DNA of 64,000 nt from Candidatus Delongbacteria bacterium (GTDB taxonomy: Bacteria; CAIWAD01). Positions 37,970 through 48,873 of this stretch are shown in pieces. Made by a program: the position numbers and the translations under genes. The stretch lies in assembly GCA_963663545.1 (NCBI GenBank), contig OY760505.1:1568001-1632000 (forward strand). Reading direction: 5' to 3'. Under the pieces are notes generated by a model that ran no database searches, was not told the DNA's origin, and saw nothing but the letters and a program-made list of their open reading frames with translations. Every line of letters begins with the position of its first letter. Position 1 is the first letter of the stretch.

Positions 37970-40372
37970 TCATGATTGCAGTCGAAGCTTGGCAAACTTG
38001 GCCACCATCTTCTTCACGCCCACGGAATCAAAACGGATCGTGAAGCGGGTTTCGGCCCCGAAGCCCGCCCGGTTGATCACCTTGCCCTGCCCGTATTTGC
38101 TGTGCAGGACCATCGAACCCACACCAATCTCATCGGGATCACTGATTTCAGGCTCCTGGGACAGACTCTCATAATCTACTGAGCCCGAAGCGCTCGAGCG
38201 AAAGGGGCTGTACTTGTTCAGCAACTCTTCCTGAGCTCTGCGCAAGGGGGAGTTGGTTGGTTTGGGTCCTACACGTAGCGGTGGAGGCGCCTGGGCAGCC
38301 GGCGTAACACGTTGCTTGCGCCCGTCACTAAACAAGCCGGAATCCTGATTTGAGGGCCGTCTCCGTGGCACTGTATCACGCGCATTTGGCTCGCGTGATC
38401 CACCGCCGAAGTTCTGTGTGCTGCGGTTGCCAGTAAAGAAGCCGCCTTGCAGACTCCCGCCATGCTCCAGCATATCGTCTGGAATCAGATCGACAAAACT
38501 AGACAACATGCCCGCTTGACCGCTGCCACCGAAGCGTCTCCGCCACGCAGCGTGACACAAATAGAGTTCCTTGCGCGCGCGCGTGCAGGCCACATAGAAC
38601 AATCGCCGCTCTTCTTCCAGGCCGTCGGGATTCTCCCAGGAGTTCCCCAGCGGAAACAGGCCCTCTTCCAAACCAGTAACGAAAACCGTGTCGAATTCAA
38701 GACCCTTTGCTGCGTGTGCCGTCATCAGTGTTACATGGTCCCCGCTATCGTCCCAGCTGTCGATATCGCTGACGAGGGCCACCTCCTCAAGAAAACCAGG
38801 CAGGCCCAGGTCGCTGTTCTCACAATAGTCAGCCAGCGATGAGCGCAGTTCGCGCACGTTCTCCAGTCGGTCTTTGCCCTCGGGACCTTCAAGCAGAAGC
38901 GCGTCCTCGAGCTTGATCTGCTCCAGCAAGTCGTCGAAAACATCGATGACAGCGTCGCCGCCTGCAAGACGCTGCCGCAGTCCAGCCAGCAAGCCCGCGA
39001 AGGACTCCAGCGAGCGCGCCACCTTTGGGCCAACGCCCTCAATGCCATCAGCTCCAGAAAGCAGCTGTGTCACATTCATGCGATTCTGATATGCGTAATA
39101 CAGCAGACGCTTGAAACTTGTATCACCGATTCCACGACGCGGATAGTTGATCACCCGCGTCAGACTGACGGTGTCGTCCGGGTTGGTCAGCAGGTGCAGA
39201 TAAGCCAGCACATCTTTGACTTCGCGGCGTTCGTAAAAGCGCGTGCCACCTACGATTTGATAGCGCATCGCATTGCGACGAAAAGCCTCTTCGAGCGCGC
39301 GCGACTGCGCATTCGTCCTGTAGAGGACCGCATATTCGCTCAACTTACGCCCTTTCTCCAGTCCCTTTCGGACCTCCTGTAACACGAGCGCGGCTTCGCC
39401 CTTTTCATCATCACCCGCCAACAGAACGATGGGCGCGCCCTTACCATTCTCCGTCCAGAGCTTTTTGTCTTTGCGGCCCTCGTTTTGTGATACAACGGCA
39501 TGGGCCGCATTAAGGATGGTTTCCGTGGAACGATAATTCTGCTCCAGCTTGAACACGCGCGCAGAAGGCCAATGCTCCTCGAAGCCAAGAATGTTGCCAA
39601 TGTCAGCTCCACGCCAGCCATAGATGGACTGGTCGTCATCACCCACTACGCAGAGATTGTTGTGGGCGCTGGCTAGCAACCGCGTCGCCTCAAACTGTGC
39701 CGCGTTCGTATCCTGGTACTCGTCAATCAGGATGTAGCGAAAGCGCTCCTGGTAGAACTTCAGGCGATCGGGAAACTGACGGAACAAATCGATGGGCCGC
39801 AACAGCAGATCATCAAAATCCATTGCATTGGCCTGCTTCAGTCGACGAACGTACTCGCGATAAACGCTCACGAGTTGTTCGTGAACGAATCCGCTGTCCA
39901 TCGCTTCAAAGGCGTCGGGATCGAGCATGGAATTCTTGGCGTCACTAATGCGCGCCCTCGTACCCTTGGGGTTCAAACGATTGGTGCTCAACTCCAGGTG
40001 TTCCATGCACTGCTTGATCAGTTTAAGCTGATCGTCGCTGTCGTAAATAGTGAATTGGCGATCGTAGCCCAGCAGCTCGGCTTCGCGCCGCAAAATGCGC
40101 GCAAACAGGCTATGGAAAGTCCCCACCCACATCTCACCAACGGCCTGTCCGACCAGGCTGGCAATACGTTCCTTCATCTCGCGGGCCGCTTTGTTGGTAA
40201 AGGTAAGCGCGAGCACTTGCCAAGGTCGACAAGTACCCTGGTCCAGTAACCAGGCGATGCGATGAGTAAGAACGCGAGTCTTTCCACTGCCCGCACCAGC
40301 AAGAATTAGTACGGGGCCATCAACCGACTGTACAGCCTCACGCTGCACAGGATTGAGAGTCGTCAGATCCAA
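37970..40372 (-). CDS. pcrA: ATP-dependent DNA helicase PcrA/UvrD
   Basis: LAGAGSGKTRVL, DEYQDTN, GDDDQSIYGWRGA, LEQNYRS, EERRLFYV, C-terminal Tudor-like VLHSKYGQG. Confidence 0.95.
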   Translation of the reverse strand: MDLTTLNPVQREAVQSVDGPVLILAGAGSGKTRVLTHRIAWLLDQGTCRPWQVLALTFTNKAAREMKERIASLVGQAVGEMWVGTFHSLFARILRREAELLGYDRQFTIYDSDDQLKLIKQCMEHLELSTNRLNPKGTRARISDAKNSMLDPDAFEAMDSGFVHEQLVSVYREYVRRLKQANAMDFDDLLLRPIDLFRQFPDRLKFYQERFRYILIDEYQDTNAAQFEATRLLASAHNNLCVVGDDDQSIYGWRGADIGNILGFEEHWPSARVFKLEQNYRSTETILNAAHAVVSQNEGRKDKKLWTENGKGAPIVLLAGDDEKGEAALVLQEVRKGLEKGRKLSEYAVLYRTNAQSRALEEAFRRNAMRYQIVGGTRFYERREVKDVLAYLHLLTNPDDTVSLTRVINYPRRGIGDTSFKRLLYYAYQNRMNVTQLLSGADGIEGVGPKVARSLESFAGLLAGLRQRLAGGDAVIDVFDDLLEQIKLEDALLLEGPEGKDRLENVRELRSSLADYCENSDLGLPGFLEEVALVSDIDSWDDSGDHVTLMTAHAAKGLEFDTVFVTGLEEGLFPLGNSWENPDGLEEERRLFYVACTRARKELYLCHAAWRRRFGGSGQAGMLSSFVDLIPDDMLEHGGSLQGGFFTGNRSTQNFGGGSREPNARDTVPRRRPSNQDSGLFSDGRKQRVTPAAQAPPPLRVGPKPTNSPLRRAQEELLNKYSPFRSSASGSVDYESLSQEPEISDPDEIGVGSMVLHSKYGQGKVINRAGFGAETRFTIRFDSVGVKKMVAKFAKLRLQS

Positions 40373-40408
40373 CTCTCCTGCTCCTTTCTGGGGTCAATGT
40401 CTGGAGGC

Positions 40409-41611
40409 TCAATCCCCCGCGGATTCAGACGTGAGCCCGGCTTCCTCCTGCGACAAGGCTTCCTCGTCACCGGTAAAGGGCTCAACAAGCTCGGCCGCGG
40501 TACTGTCGTCCACTTGTGCGAGTTCCGCATTCAGTGTGTCGACAAGGATATCCTCGACCTCGCTTGAGCGCTGTCGGCGATTCTCACGCCGCAGCTGATC
40601 CAGGGGTTTGCGGTTTTCCAGGTGCTGCGCGTATGTGCGCGCAAAACTATGCCTGCCATCGCCACGTGCAACAAAGTACAGGTAATTGCAGCGTGCCGGG
40701 CGTATCACAGCCTTCAAGGCCACACGGCCGGGACTGTTGATCGGCCCAGGCGGCAGGCCGGCATATCGGTAGGTGTTGTAGGGCGAGTCGATTTCCAAAT
40801 CGCGATAGAGCAGACGCCTTGGCCCGTCGGTGAGCAGATACTGCACCGTCGGATCTGCCTGTAGCTTCATACCGCGCTTCAGGCGATTCAAATAGACGGC
40901 GGCAATGGTGTCGGCCTCAGAGGTCCACTGATACTCCGCCTGTACAATGGAAGCCAGCGTTACCAGCCGGTGTAGATCCAATGTATCACGCATATTCGAT
41001 GAGAGCATTCCGGCAAGCACTTCGCGGAAACGTGTGCAGGTGCGTACAAGAATATCCTCTTCGCTATCCAGGGCACTGAACTCGTATGTATCCGGAAAGA
41101 TCAAGCCCTCAAGCCCGGGAAAGCCCTCGAAGCCTTGTGCCTGTGCCAGGCTGCTGTCGTGAATCAATTCCAGGAAGCGCAACGAATCCAGGTCTGTGGC
41201 TTGAACCAGTTCGTGCACAATGCGCTTGGCATCCCACCCCTCCAGCAGTGTGACACGAATGCTGGGCACGCTGTATTCCTGCAGACGCAACAACATTTCG
41301 CGAATGGACATCTGACTGGAAAGCACGAAGGTTCCCTGCTGAATGCCGCGATCCAGACCACCGAAGCGCGCTGCCATCTGGAAGCGCCGCGGATCGTTGA
41401 GAATACCTTCAGCGTGCAGGCGGCTGGCAATCTGGGGCAAGGTCATTCCTTCGCGCACCCGCAGATTGAACACGCGCACAACATCCGGATTGGCTTTTCC
41501 GGAGAGTAGCCAGTGGTGAAAGCGCAGACCAGCCACTGCAACCAGAGCAATTAGCGAAAGCAAAAGCAGTAGCCAACGATAATGGTGCCACACCGATTTG
41601 CGCCAGCGCAT
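40409..41611 (-). CDS. mltG: Endolytic transglycosylase MltG (start uncertain)
   Basis: N-terminal TM; LEGLIFPDTY, LASIVQAE, LQADPTVQY, SPYNTY, GLPPGPI, YLYFVA. Confidence 0.93.
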   Translation of the reverse strand: MRWRKSVWHHYRWLLLLLSLIALVAVAGLRFHHWLLSGKANPDVVRVFNLRVREGMTLPQIASRLHAEGILNDPRRFQMAARFGGLDRGIQQGTFVLSSQMSIREMLLRLQEYSVPSIRVTLLEGWDAKRIVHELVQATDLDSLRFLELIHDSSLAQAQGFEGFPGLEGLIFPDTYEFSALDSEEDILVRTCTRFREVLAGMLSSNMRDTLDLHRLVTLASIVQAEYQWTSEADTIAAVYLNRLKRGMKLQADPTVQYLLTDGPRRLLYRDLEIDSPYNTYRYAGLPPGPINSPGRVALKAVIRPARCNYLYFVARGDGRHSFARTYAQHLENRKPLDQLRRENRRQRSSEVEDILVDTLNAELAQVDDSTAAELVEPFTGDEEALSQEEAGLTSESAGD

Positions 41612-41844
41612 GAGTATTGAGGCTGAGGCTTTCTTCTGTGTCACGACTTGGCCCACCCCCGCTTGCAATCCCTTGAAATTCTTGCGCTTAAGGAGTGAAA
41701 AGGTAAGGAACTCACGTCTGTCAGTCAATCGGCGAAACACGGAAAGCCACACCTACAATCATCTCGTCCAAATAGCCATACACTCCCGCACTTCGTTACA
41801 GATCGCCAGCGCAAGACGCCGTGATACACGCCCGTCACCTTCAT

Positions 41845-41882
41845 ACAAACAAAGAAAAGGCCCCGTCCGAAGAAGGGGCCTT
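41845..41882 (-). terminator. Rho-independent terminator ending the TonB/PorV operon
   Basis: AAGGCCCC...GGGGCCTT stem (41857-41882) followed on the minus strand by TTCTTTGTTT. Confidence 0.75.
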
Positions 41883-41903
41883 GTAGAAAGCAATGTTTCC
41901 TGC

Positions 41904-44648
41904 CTATTCCAGCGAATCCTGAACCTTAGGCAGATAGAAACGATACAGCACATAGCTCCAGAGTCCGTTGGCTCCCGATCCCAGATCGTAGATGGGAAGC
42001 TGAGTCTCGGGATCAACCGTCATGCTGACAAACTCGCCCGGCTCCATGGCGTACAGCGGAACCGTACTGAAGCAGGTGCGGAAGTTGGTGTAGGTGGGAA
42101 TGCCAAGCGTCCCTTCCTGGTTCTCGACGAATGAGATCACCGGCTTGCGATGCATTTCCAGGATCGGATTCCACCGCAGGTAGACGCTTACCGTATCACC
42201 AACGGCCCAGGGCTGGGTCGTGTACTGATACGTCAGATAAATGAAAGGAGGATAAGCACCGGACTCCCTCGTGGCATTGATCGTCTGTACCGGATCCGCC
42301 CAAGCATCATTGCGATTGTTGTTGTAGGCATCATAGGCAGACTGGATTTCCATGGACTCGTAATGAGTATCGAAAATTCGCAACCAACAACCTGTGCTGG
42401 TGGGGTTCGGATCACGATTCGTCAGCAGTGCAGCCTCATTGGCACCTGTCAGAGAATCCGGCAGCGACAATGAATCGGCCACCACAAAGAGGCGCAGGGT
42501 GTCCAGGGCGGGCAATCCAGAACTGTAGCTGTTGAAGGTGTAGAGGGCCTCAGCACCAGAATTGCTGTTCAAACCCAAGGCTTCCACGTAGGCTAAACTG
42601 CTATCAGGGATGGCAACGCCTCGGGCAGGTGTGTAAAGACGATCGTATCCTTCTTCACCACCGCGAAGCACGTCCACGATACCGTCAGCAATTCTCAAGT
42701 CCTCAAAGCCCTGCTGCTCATGCAACGCCCCGACAAAGGCTTCCAGACGACTCGAAAAATATTGCCTCTGCTCAGAAACGAAGGCCTTGGAAATTCCCAT
42801 GTACGTGAAGAGAAAGTCGCCAGCCTTGTCATCAATATTGTCGAGGGCATTGGTGCTGGTCACTTCAAAACCGAAAGTACCTGTCAGGCTGGAATGCCCC
42901 GTCCAGAACAAGCTTCCGCCTTGATCCAGATAGTCCATCACCAAACCCTTGAAGGCGTTCGTAAAGCGACTATCATAGGGCTGGGTTGCGCTCTGGGCCC
43001 AGTTGTCATCCAACACAATGATGGAATGGTACTGCGCCATTACGCTATAGGGCAGGAGATAGGAATCTTCTGGTGCCCACCACCGGCAATTGTACTCTTC
43101 GGTGACACCATCATACCAGACCGGCACATAGTCCGCCGCACCATCAACCACTTGCTTGACAACTGTAATCGCAGATTCAAGCTGTTCCTTTGTCGTGGTC
43201 AGATAGGTGTTGTAATCCAACCCCAGTGTGGCAGCGTCAGATGTCAGATTGATGACCAGCAGGTCTCGTTCCATGGACATGTTGACAACGCGGAACCGCA
43301 TGTATCCCGGCAGCGCGCAGGGCTCAAGACCATCATCACGGGAGAAGACGGTGAGCTGGTAAAAGCCATTGTCCAAGTTGTACAGGGTAATCTCGCCGTC
43401 ATCCGACCAACCATCTTCGTCAATGGTGTTGTTCAGAACATTCGTATCGTCCAAGGCAATCTCTAGATCGGCATAGGCCTCATCGTTGATCCAGAGACCA
43501 TTCTCCCACATGTCGTCATCGTCGTCCAGATTATCGTCGCTAGCATCCATCAAGGACTCCACCTGCGCCTCGGGCAAACGATGCAACCTGTACTCGAACT
43601 GCAACGGAATGGTAACCAGTGCTTGATCGTCCGGATCATCGCAGGTAACCAGGAAGCCCAGACCTCCCCAGTTGGGAAGTTCATTGCTGTTCATTGGAAT
43701 TTCATAATAGGGAGTCACCCCGGACATGGCCTGGTAGATTTCCAGATCGCTCTCAATATCCTGCCAGTTGACCACGTGGCGTGTATACGAATCGGGCTGG
43801 GTCACCAAAGTATAACCAGACTTCTGGAAGGTAAGCTCGGGCGTGTTTGGTGCGCGGTTTGAGCGATTGAAAGTACGAACAGCGATCTCGCTGAGTGCGC
43901 CTTCGTCGTCCTGCGCCTGTAGGAAGACCTTGTGCTTCTGAATCTGACCAAGTTGAGTGGTCAGATAGATCTCGGCCTGCGTATTAACCGTGTACGTCCA
44001 ATCAATGGTGGCATCGTCGTTTATCACGCGCTGCTCGAAGGCGGCCTGCTCTTCGTCCGTAGTATAGGCGAGATCGTAGTAGCGATAACGCTCTACAAAT
44101 CCGTCAGCATCGCTGCCCGTCCAGAAAATCATGGGCGCGTACGAGAATACCGGACGATACTCAAACTCGCCATCAATGGTGTACACACAGCTTCCCTGAG
44201 TCCAGTGGAAGTTTTCTGTGTTGTGGATCCAAAGATAGCGCGGAATGTTTTCGTCGACGCGATAGTTCTCTACTGGAACGGTACCCGTTTCATAGCTAAC
44301 GCCCGAAGTATCAGTGATTTCCAGCCGGTAGCTGATGGAACGGATGGTGTTCAGACGAAAGTACTGGAAGCGAATCAGCTCGTAGCGCACTTCGCTTTCC
44401 AAATCAGTGGTATCCGGCAACTGGCCCAGAACCTCGTCTTCCTCAAAGCCAGTATAGATGTCGGAAAAAAGGAAGCTGTAGTTATCAATGTCGTAGACTT
44501 GCGCCACGGAGTCGGCGTCGAGCTCATTGTTGATGAAGCGCACGCTGGGCGCTTCATTTGCGCGATAGTCACCGTCTACAGTACTGCAGCCAACGACAAT
44601 CAGCATGGCAGCCAAAGCTACGACAGAGCTGAAAAGACTCTTTTTCAT
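41904..44648 (-). CDS. Large acidic lipoprotein, function unknown
   Basis: Lipobox VVGC, GGAGGAG RBS; FWTGSDADG-V-Y and LQAQDDEGA Ig-like motifs; YLDQGGSLF. Confidence 0.8.
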   Translation of the reverse strand: MKKSLFSSVVALAAMLIVVGCSTVDGDYRANEAPSVRFINNELDADSVAQVYDIDNYSFLFSDIYTGFEEDEVLGQLPDTTDLESEVRYELIRFQYFRLNTIRSISYRLEITDTSGVSYETGTVPVENYRVDENIPRYLWIHNTENFHWTQGSCVYTIDGEFEYRPVFSYAPMIFWTGSDADGFVERYRYYDLAYTTDEEQAAFEQRVINDDATIDWTYTVNTQAEIYLTTQLGQIQKHKVFLQAQDDEGALSEIAVRTFNRSNRAPNTPELTFQKSGYTLVTQPDSYTRHVVNWQDIESDLEIYQAMSGVTPYYEIPMNSNELPNWGGLGFLVTCDDPDDQALVTIPLQFEYRLHRLPEAQVESLMDASDDNLDDDDDMWENGLWINDEAYADLEIALDDTNVLNNTIDEDGWSDDGEITLYNLDNGFYQLTVFSRDDGLEPCALPGYMRFRVVNMSMERDLLVINLTSDAATLGLDYNTYLTTTKEQLESAITVVKQVVDGAADYVPVWYDGVTEEYNCRWWAPEDSYLLPYSVMAQYHSIIVLDDNWAQSATQPYDSRFTNAFKGLVMDYLDQGGSLFWTGHSSLTGTFGFEVTSTNALDNIDDKAGDFLFTYMGISKAFVSEQRQYFSSRLEAFVGALHEQQGFEDLRIADGIVDVLRGGEEGYDRLYTPARGVAIPDSSLAYVEALGLNSNSGAEALYTFNSYSSGLPALDTLRLFVVADSLSLPDSLTGANEAALLTNRDPNPTSTGCWLRIFDTHYESMEIQSAYDAYNNNRNDAWADPVQTINATRESGAYPPFIYLTYQYTTQPWAVGDTVSVYLRWNPILEMHRKPVISFVENQEGTLGIPTYTNFRTCFSTVPLYAMEPGEFVSMTVDPETQLPIYDLGSGANGLWSYVLYRFYLPKVQDSLE

Positions 44649-44660
44649 CGTCGGCTCCTC

Positions 44661-45671
44661 CTATCGCCACCAACTCAGGGTGATCATGTTGTTCCCCTCG
44701 AGATACTCGTGCGGAGCATACCCGAAATCCAGACGGAAATCGCCCATCGTCTCGGATGCAAATGCGAAGCCAGCCCCTAGGGTCAAGCCGTCCGTGGAAG
44801 TCAACGGATACTCCATGAAGGGATCCAGCTCGGTGTCATCGACATAGTCGGAGTACTCGTCTCGAGCCAAACCATTGATTTTCTTGCCTAATCGCAGATA
44901 AAAGCGCTGCTTGAAGGCATACTCGAAACCAAGATTGATGTACTCGATGTTGTCCGAAGGATGTCCGAACTCAAAGGCTCCTGTAAGGAAATGATCCTCC
45001 GTGGCCTTGCCGATGAGATCCATGCCAACGCCGAACTTGAACACGATCGGCAGCGGGTCTTCCTGCTCATAGAAGACCATGTCCGGACCGAAGTTCTGAA
45101 TAACCATCGCCAGTCGCATGCTACGCCAGGCAGTGTCATAATACGTGCCAACATCGGCGGCCCAACCTGTAGCAGAGAAGTCCATGACATCCTGCTGCAG
45201 ATACTTGAGGGTAACTCCGACGGTGAACTTGTTCGTAAGCTGGCGCGCTGCGCTTACACCCACAGCCATGGCGGTGTAGTTGAACTCACGGCCCGTGCCA
45301 TCCGTTTTTGTAGGTGTCGTCTCGTCCATCATGCCCGAGTTGAAATAGCTCATGGACATGCCGACGGTGGTCATCTGCTCCGGGAAATCGTGTGTCACAC
45401 CAACCCATTCCTGGTTGGTGTCAACGAAATAGTCGTTGTGGCTGAAGCTGACACGTGTTCCCTCAAGCAGACGAATGCCCGCCGGATTGTAATACAGGGC
45501 AGAAACATCGTCGGCGATCGGCAGCAGAGCATCTGCCATGGCAAGACCGCGCGCGCTGACGCCCAACTCCAGGAACGTGGCACCGGCGGTTCCCGCCTTC
45601 ACCTGGCTATATCCTGGAGCGGCAAGCAGCAACGCCAGGGCCAGAACCAGGGTGTACTTGATTGTACGCAT
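44661..45671 (-). CDS. PorV/PorQ-family outer-membrane beta-barrel
   Basis: FLELGVSARGLAMADA...DDVSALYYNPAG N-terminal signature; alternating beta-strands. Confidence 0.85.
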   Translation of the reverse strand: MRTIKYTLVLALALLLAAPGYSQVKAGTAGATFLELGVSARGLAMADALLPIADDVSALYYNPAGIRLLEGTRVSFSHNDYFVDTNQEWVGVTHDFPEQMTTVGMSMSYFNSGMMDETTPTKTDGTGREFNYTAMAVGVSAARQLTNKFTVGVTLKYLQQDVMDFSATGWAADVGTYYDTAWRSMRLAMVIQNFGPDMVFYEQEDPLPIVFKFGVGMDLIGKATEDHFLTGAFEFGHPSDNIEYINLGFEYAFKQRFYLRLGKKINGLARDEYSDYVDDTELDPFMEYPLTSTDGLTLGAGFAFASETMGDFRLDFGYAPHEYLEGNNMITLSWWR

Positions 45672-45689
45672 TTGTACTCCTCCCGGGCG

Positions 45690-48600
45690 TTACTTGATGA
45701 TGACGAACTTGCCAGTGTAGATGTCGCCCTCGTTGCCCGGGGTCTTATCCTCCACACTGAAGAAGTACAAGCCGCTGGCTACCTGCTGGAAGTTGCGGGA
45801 ATTCAGATCCCAAGCTTCCGAATAATCTGCGGCCCAGGACGTATTGCCATCACCATCTACGTTGTGCGGAAGAATCTGCACTAGATCACCGGACACCGTA
45901 TAGATGCGAATCAGGCACTGCTGCGGCAGGTTGATGAACTCCATGCGACGATCCTGCTGTGGCCAGAAGGTGTCGCTTCCGTCATCCTGATTTTCCCAGC
46001 GGAGACTGTCGGCACTGTTTCCAGGCGCGTATCCGTAAAGGTGATAGTTCTGATCTGCACGATAGGGATTGGGCACGGCCTTCACCTCGCGCTCGGGGAC
46101 TCCCGAAGGCGCCTGCCGCACAGCGTTACAACCCTGCGCGGTTTCCAGCGGCTCCGTACCGGTCTGGTAATCGCCAAAGTCGTAGGCGCTAACAGCGTAG
46201 TAGCGGGGGAAGAGGCTCTTTACATTTTCGATTCGCTTACGGAATTCGACGTTGTAATTGACGCCCTTTGTCCAGACGTAATCCGGTGTGCTATCATCCA
46301 TGAAGCGATCACCAATCACCAGAATATCATCTGAACCGTTGTTGTAGGTCAGTCGACCGCTAGCGGGATTGTCAATGCTGCCACCGCTCCAGGTCAGCTC
46401 GGTTCCATCGGCAAGGAAGAAGCTATAGTTGCCACCTTCCAAACGAACAGCGACAGGGCCGACATAAGCATTGATCTGCTCGTTATAGCCGGGGCCGGAA
46501 TCGATCCACAGGTTCGCGTTGGAATCGAAAACAATGGCTTCCAGCGGCTCGCCCTCTGCTGTAGCGATGTCGGCAAAGCCTGTGTTGTTGCCAACGGGCT
46601 GACGTTCCCAGCCATTGTTTGTATTCCGCATATCCAAAGCTTCTATGGGACCGGGATCCGGCATGGTGCGCAGAGCATTGTCAGAATCGAAGTAGGCGTA
46701 GTTTACGTTGTCGTAATCGTACAGCAGCGTGTACTCATTGTCCAGCTGGGTATTGCTGACCCAAATGCGGTACCCTTCGAAATCCTGAACATGGCTGAAA
46801 GGATCGGCATAGGTCTCGGACATGGAGTTGCGGGTCCAGATAAGATCTACATAATCGGTACCTGTCTCAACACGCATGTCAGGACAGGGTGGCGGCGGCG
46901 GTCCCTGGAAATCGGGAATACCATCGCCGCTATCCAGGAATTCATTGTTGTTGAAGTGTCCGATGTACCAATCGTCATCATCCACACCGCCCTGTGAGAA
47001 CTTCGGACCTGCATAGATGAGGAATGAGTCTTCCCGCATCTCACGATTGCCAGCGATCTCGTAGAGGAACTCCCAAAGGAACTGATCCTCGCTGACCTCG
47101 GTGCCCCAGTATTCGCTGTAACCGGAATCCAAGAGACCATTGCTCTCAAGCGAGTCAGGTCCTGGATAAATCGCTACATCGCCATTGGGTGCATGCAGAA
47201 TCTCACCGAAGTAGCGAACCGTGTCGCCAACAGCGGGAGCCCAAAGCATGTCAAGGCCGACGTCCTCACCAGGCCAGCCATCACCAGTATCCAGCACGCC
47301 ATCGCCTTCGCCACTGTCATTCGTTCCAGCAATGCCGTCCTGACCGTAGTCATAGATGGGCGTATCAAACATTTCGTTGTCGTAGACGCGCTTGGCCCAA
47401 ATCGCATTGAAGTCGAAGTCGGTCCAATCAAAAAGTGTGGAATCGATTCGTCCAGGGTCGTTCTGCGGATGTGAACGGTTATGCAGGTTCTCACCGGCAA
47501 CATAGGCCAACGTCATCAGGAAGCTTTCGCCCGGGTTCAAACGATACACATTGACACCTTGGCCATCCACATAATCGAAGACGCCCATGGGTCCCCAGGA
47601 AATCAGATAACGCGTGTCGCCACCACCGCCTTGCACGCCACCGTCCGGGTTCTGCCATTCCATGGAATCGCCATTTACAACCTGCGGCGGAAGTACAGCA
47701 TCATCGACGCACATGTACATCGGCGGATCAAACTCGCCATTGGACATCACGTAATACTTGTTGGCATCCGACCTTGGTGTGCCCAGAGTTGCAGTCCACA
47801 GACCATCTGGATCGTTCAGACAAGCCGTCCAAGCCGGGCCGTAATCGTCGCCAACATCGCCGTTTGAATTCCACCAGTTAAAAGTGGTCTCCAGCATCGG
47901 GTTAGGAGCGCGCAGCACTCGCGTACCCGTAACGTGCGCATTTGTCAGGTTTGACCCCGTGTCAACACCCACTGGACGCCCATCGTTATCCGCAATGTAT
48001 GCGGCGTTGATTTCGATCTGTTGGTTGGTGACAGAGTCAACGGCCAGTTTGCGAAATCCGCAGAAATCGTCCGAAGAACACCCCGGCGGGTTTGGCTCCG
48101 TGCGTGGATTACCAACGTCCGAGTCCACATAAAGACCTACATATAGGTTTTTAAGGAACTTGGAGCCAGTGTTGGTAATCTTGTAGTCGATAATGATGAA
48201 GTCCTGGGCGTAGTTGTAGGACCAGGAGTGGGAAGTTTGCTCAATAGTGACACCCAGCGGGATATGATTACGGTCCTGTTCATCCCAACCGTAACCCGTC
48301 GGCAAGGCCATTAGCGTATCAGTGAAAATGGCGTAATAGTCCTGCTCGGATACTGCCAGACTATCATAGATCGGCTTGCCCGTCACGCGACTAATGGCAT
48401 TCTCTCTAGTGGAAGTCTCCAAGATGGCATCGTCGTAGGTGCTACCCGGCCACAACTCGCAGCAGTTGCGCTCCCAGCCTTCTGAACCGAACGATACGCG
48501 GGGCGTCTCTTGGTTGAATTCATCAACGATGAGCGCGCCAATCCAAATGGAACCTTGGTACAAATACTGTACACCAGAACCGCCAGGAAATTCACACTGC

Positions 48601-48872
48601 GGGGCCCAAGTTCCAGGATACTCCGGATCCGAGAGCGCCTCGTCGGAGCCCGGCTCGCTATTTCCTATTGTTCCGCGATTGGACACGGTCATCCACATCT
48701 TGCCGTAGCGGTGAGTACGGTTATCCAGATAAGGAAAGGCGTCGGTTTGACGGCTTTCATCCGCTCCCTTGACCACGGCTCCCGGCTGCTCTTCCATCGT
48801 GGCAGCCTGTAGGCTGGAGACAAGGAGACCGCTGCACAGTCCAGCAAGCAGCAGCTTTGCAGACAGGCTCAT
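45690..48872 (-). CDS. Large secreted acidic protein with T9SS-like C-terminal domain
   Basis: Signal peptide MSLSAKLLL; DFEGYRIW and YYAVSAYD FN3-like motifs; VPNPY...IRIYTVSGDLV...WDL...ASGLYF...GKFVIIK. Confidence 0.82.
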   Translation of the reverse strand: MSLSAKLLLAGLCSGLLVSSLQAATMEEQPGAVVKGADESRQTDAFPYLDNRTHRYGKMWMTVSNRGTIGNSEPGSDEALSDPEYPGTWAPQCEFPGGSGVQYLYQGSIWIGALIVDEFNQETPRVSFGSEGWERNCCELWPGSTYDDAILETSTRENAISRVTGKPIYDSLAVSEQDYYAIFTDTLMALPTGYGWDEQDRNHIPLGVTIEQTSHSWSYNYAQDFIIIDYKITNTGSKFLKNLYVGLYVDSDVGNPRTEPNPPGCSSDDFCGFRKLAVDSVTNQQIEINAAYIADNDGRPVGVDTGSNLTNAHVTGTRVLRAPNPMLETTFNWWNSNGDVGDDYGPAWTACLNDPDGLWTATLGTPRSDANKYYVMSNGEFDPPMYMCVDDAVLPPQVVNGDSMEWQNPDGGVQGGGGDTRYLISWGPMGVFDYVDGQGVNVYRLNPGESFLMTLAYVAGENLHNRSHPQNDPGRIDSTLFDWTDFDFNAIWAKRVYDNEMFDTPIYDYGQDGIAGTNDSGEGDGVLDTGDGWPGEDVGLDMLWAPAVGDTVRYFGEILHAPNGDVAIYPGPDSLESNGLLDSGYSEYWGTEVSEDQFLWEFLYEIAGNREMREDSFLIYAGPKFSQGGVDDDDWYIGHFNNNEFLDSGDGIPDFQGPPPPPCPDMRVETGTDYVDLIWTRNSMSETYADPFSHVQDFEGYRIWVSNTQLDNEYTLLYDYDNVNYAYFDSDNALRTMPDPGPIEALDMRNTNNGWERQPVGNNTGFADIATAEGEPLEAIVFDSNANLWIDSGPGYNEQINAYVGPVAVRLEGGNYSFFLADGTELTWSGGSIDNPASGRLTYNNGSDDILVIGDRFMDDSTPDYVWTKGVNYNVEFRKRIENVKSLFPRYYAVSAYDFGDYQTGTEPLETAQGCNAVRQAPSGVPEREVKAVPNPYRADQNYHLYGYAPGNSADSLRWENQDDGSDTFWPQQDRRMEFINLPQQCLIRIYTVSGDLVQILPHNVDGDGNTSWAADYSEAWDLNSRNFQQVASGLYFFSVEDKTPGNEGDIYTGKFVIIK

Positions 48873-48873
48873 A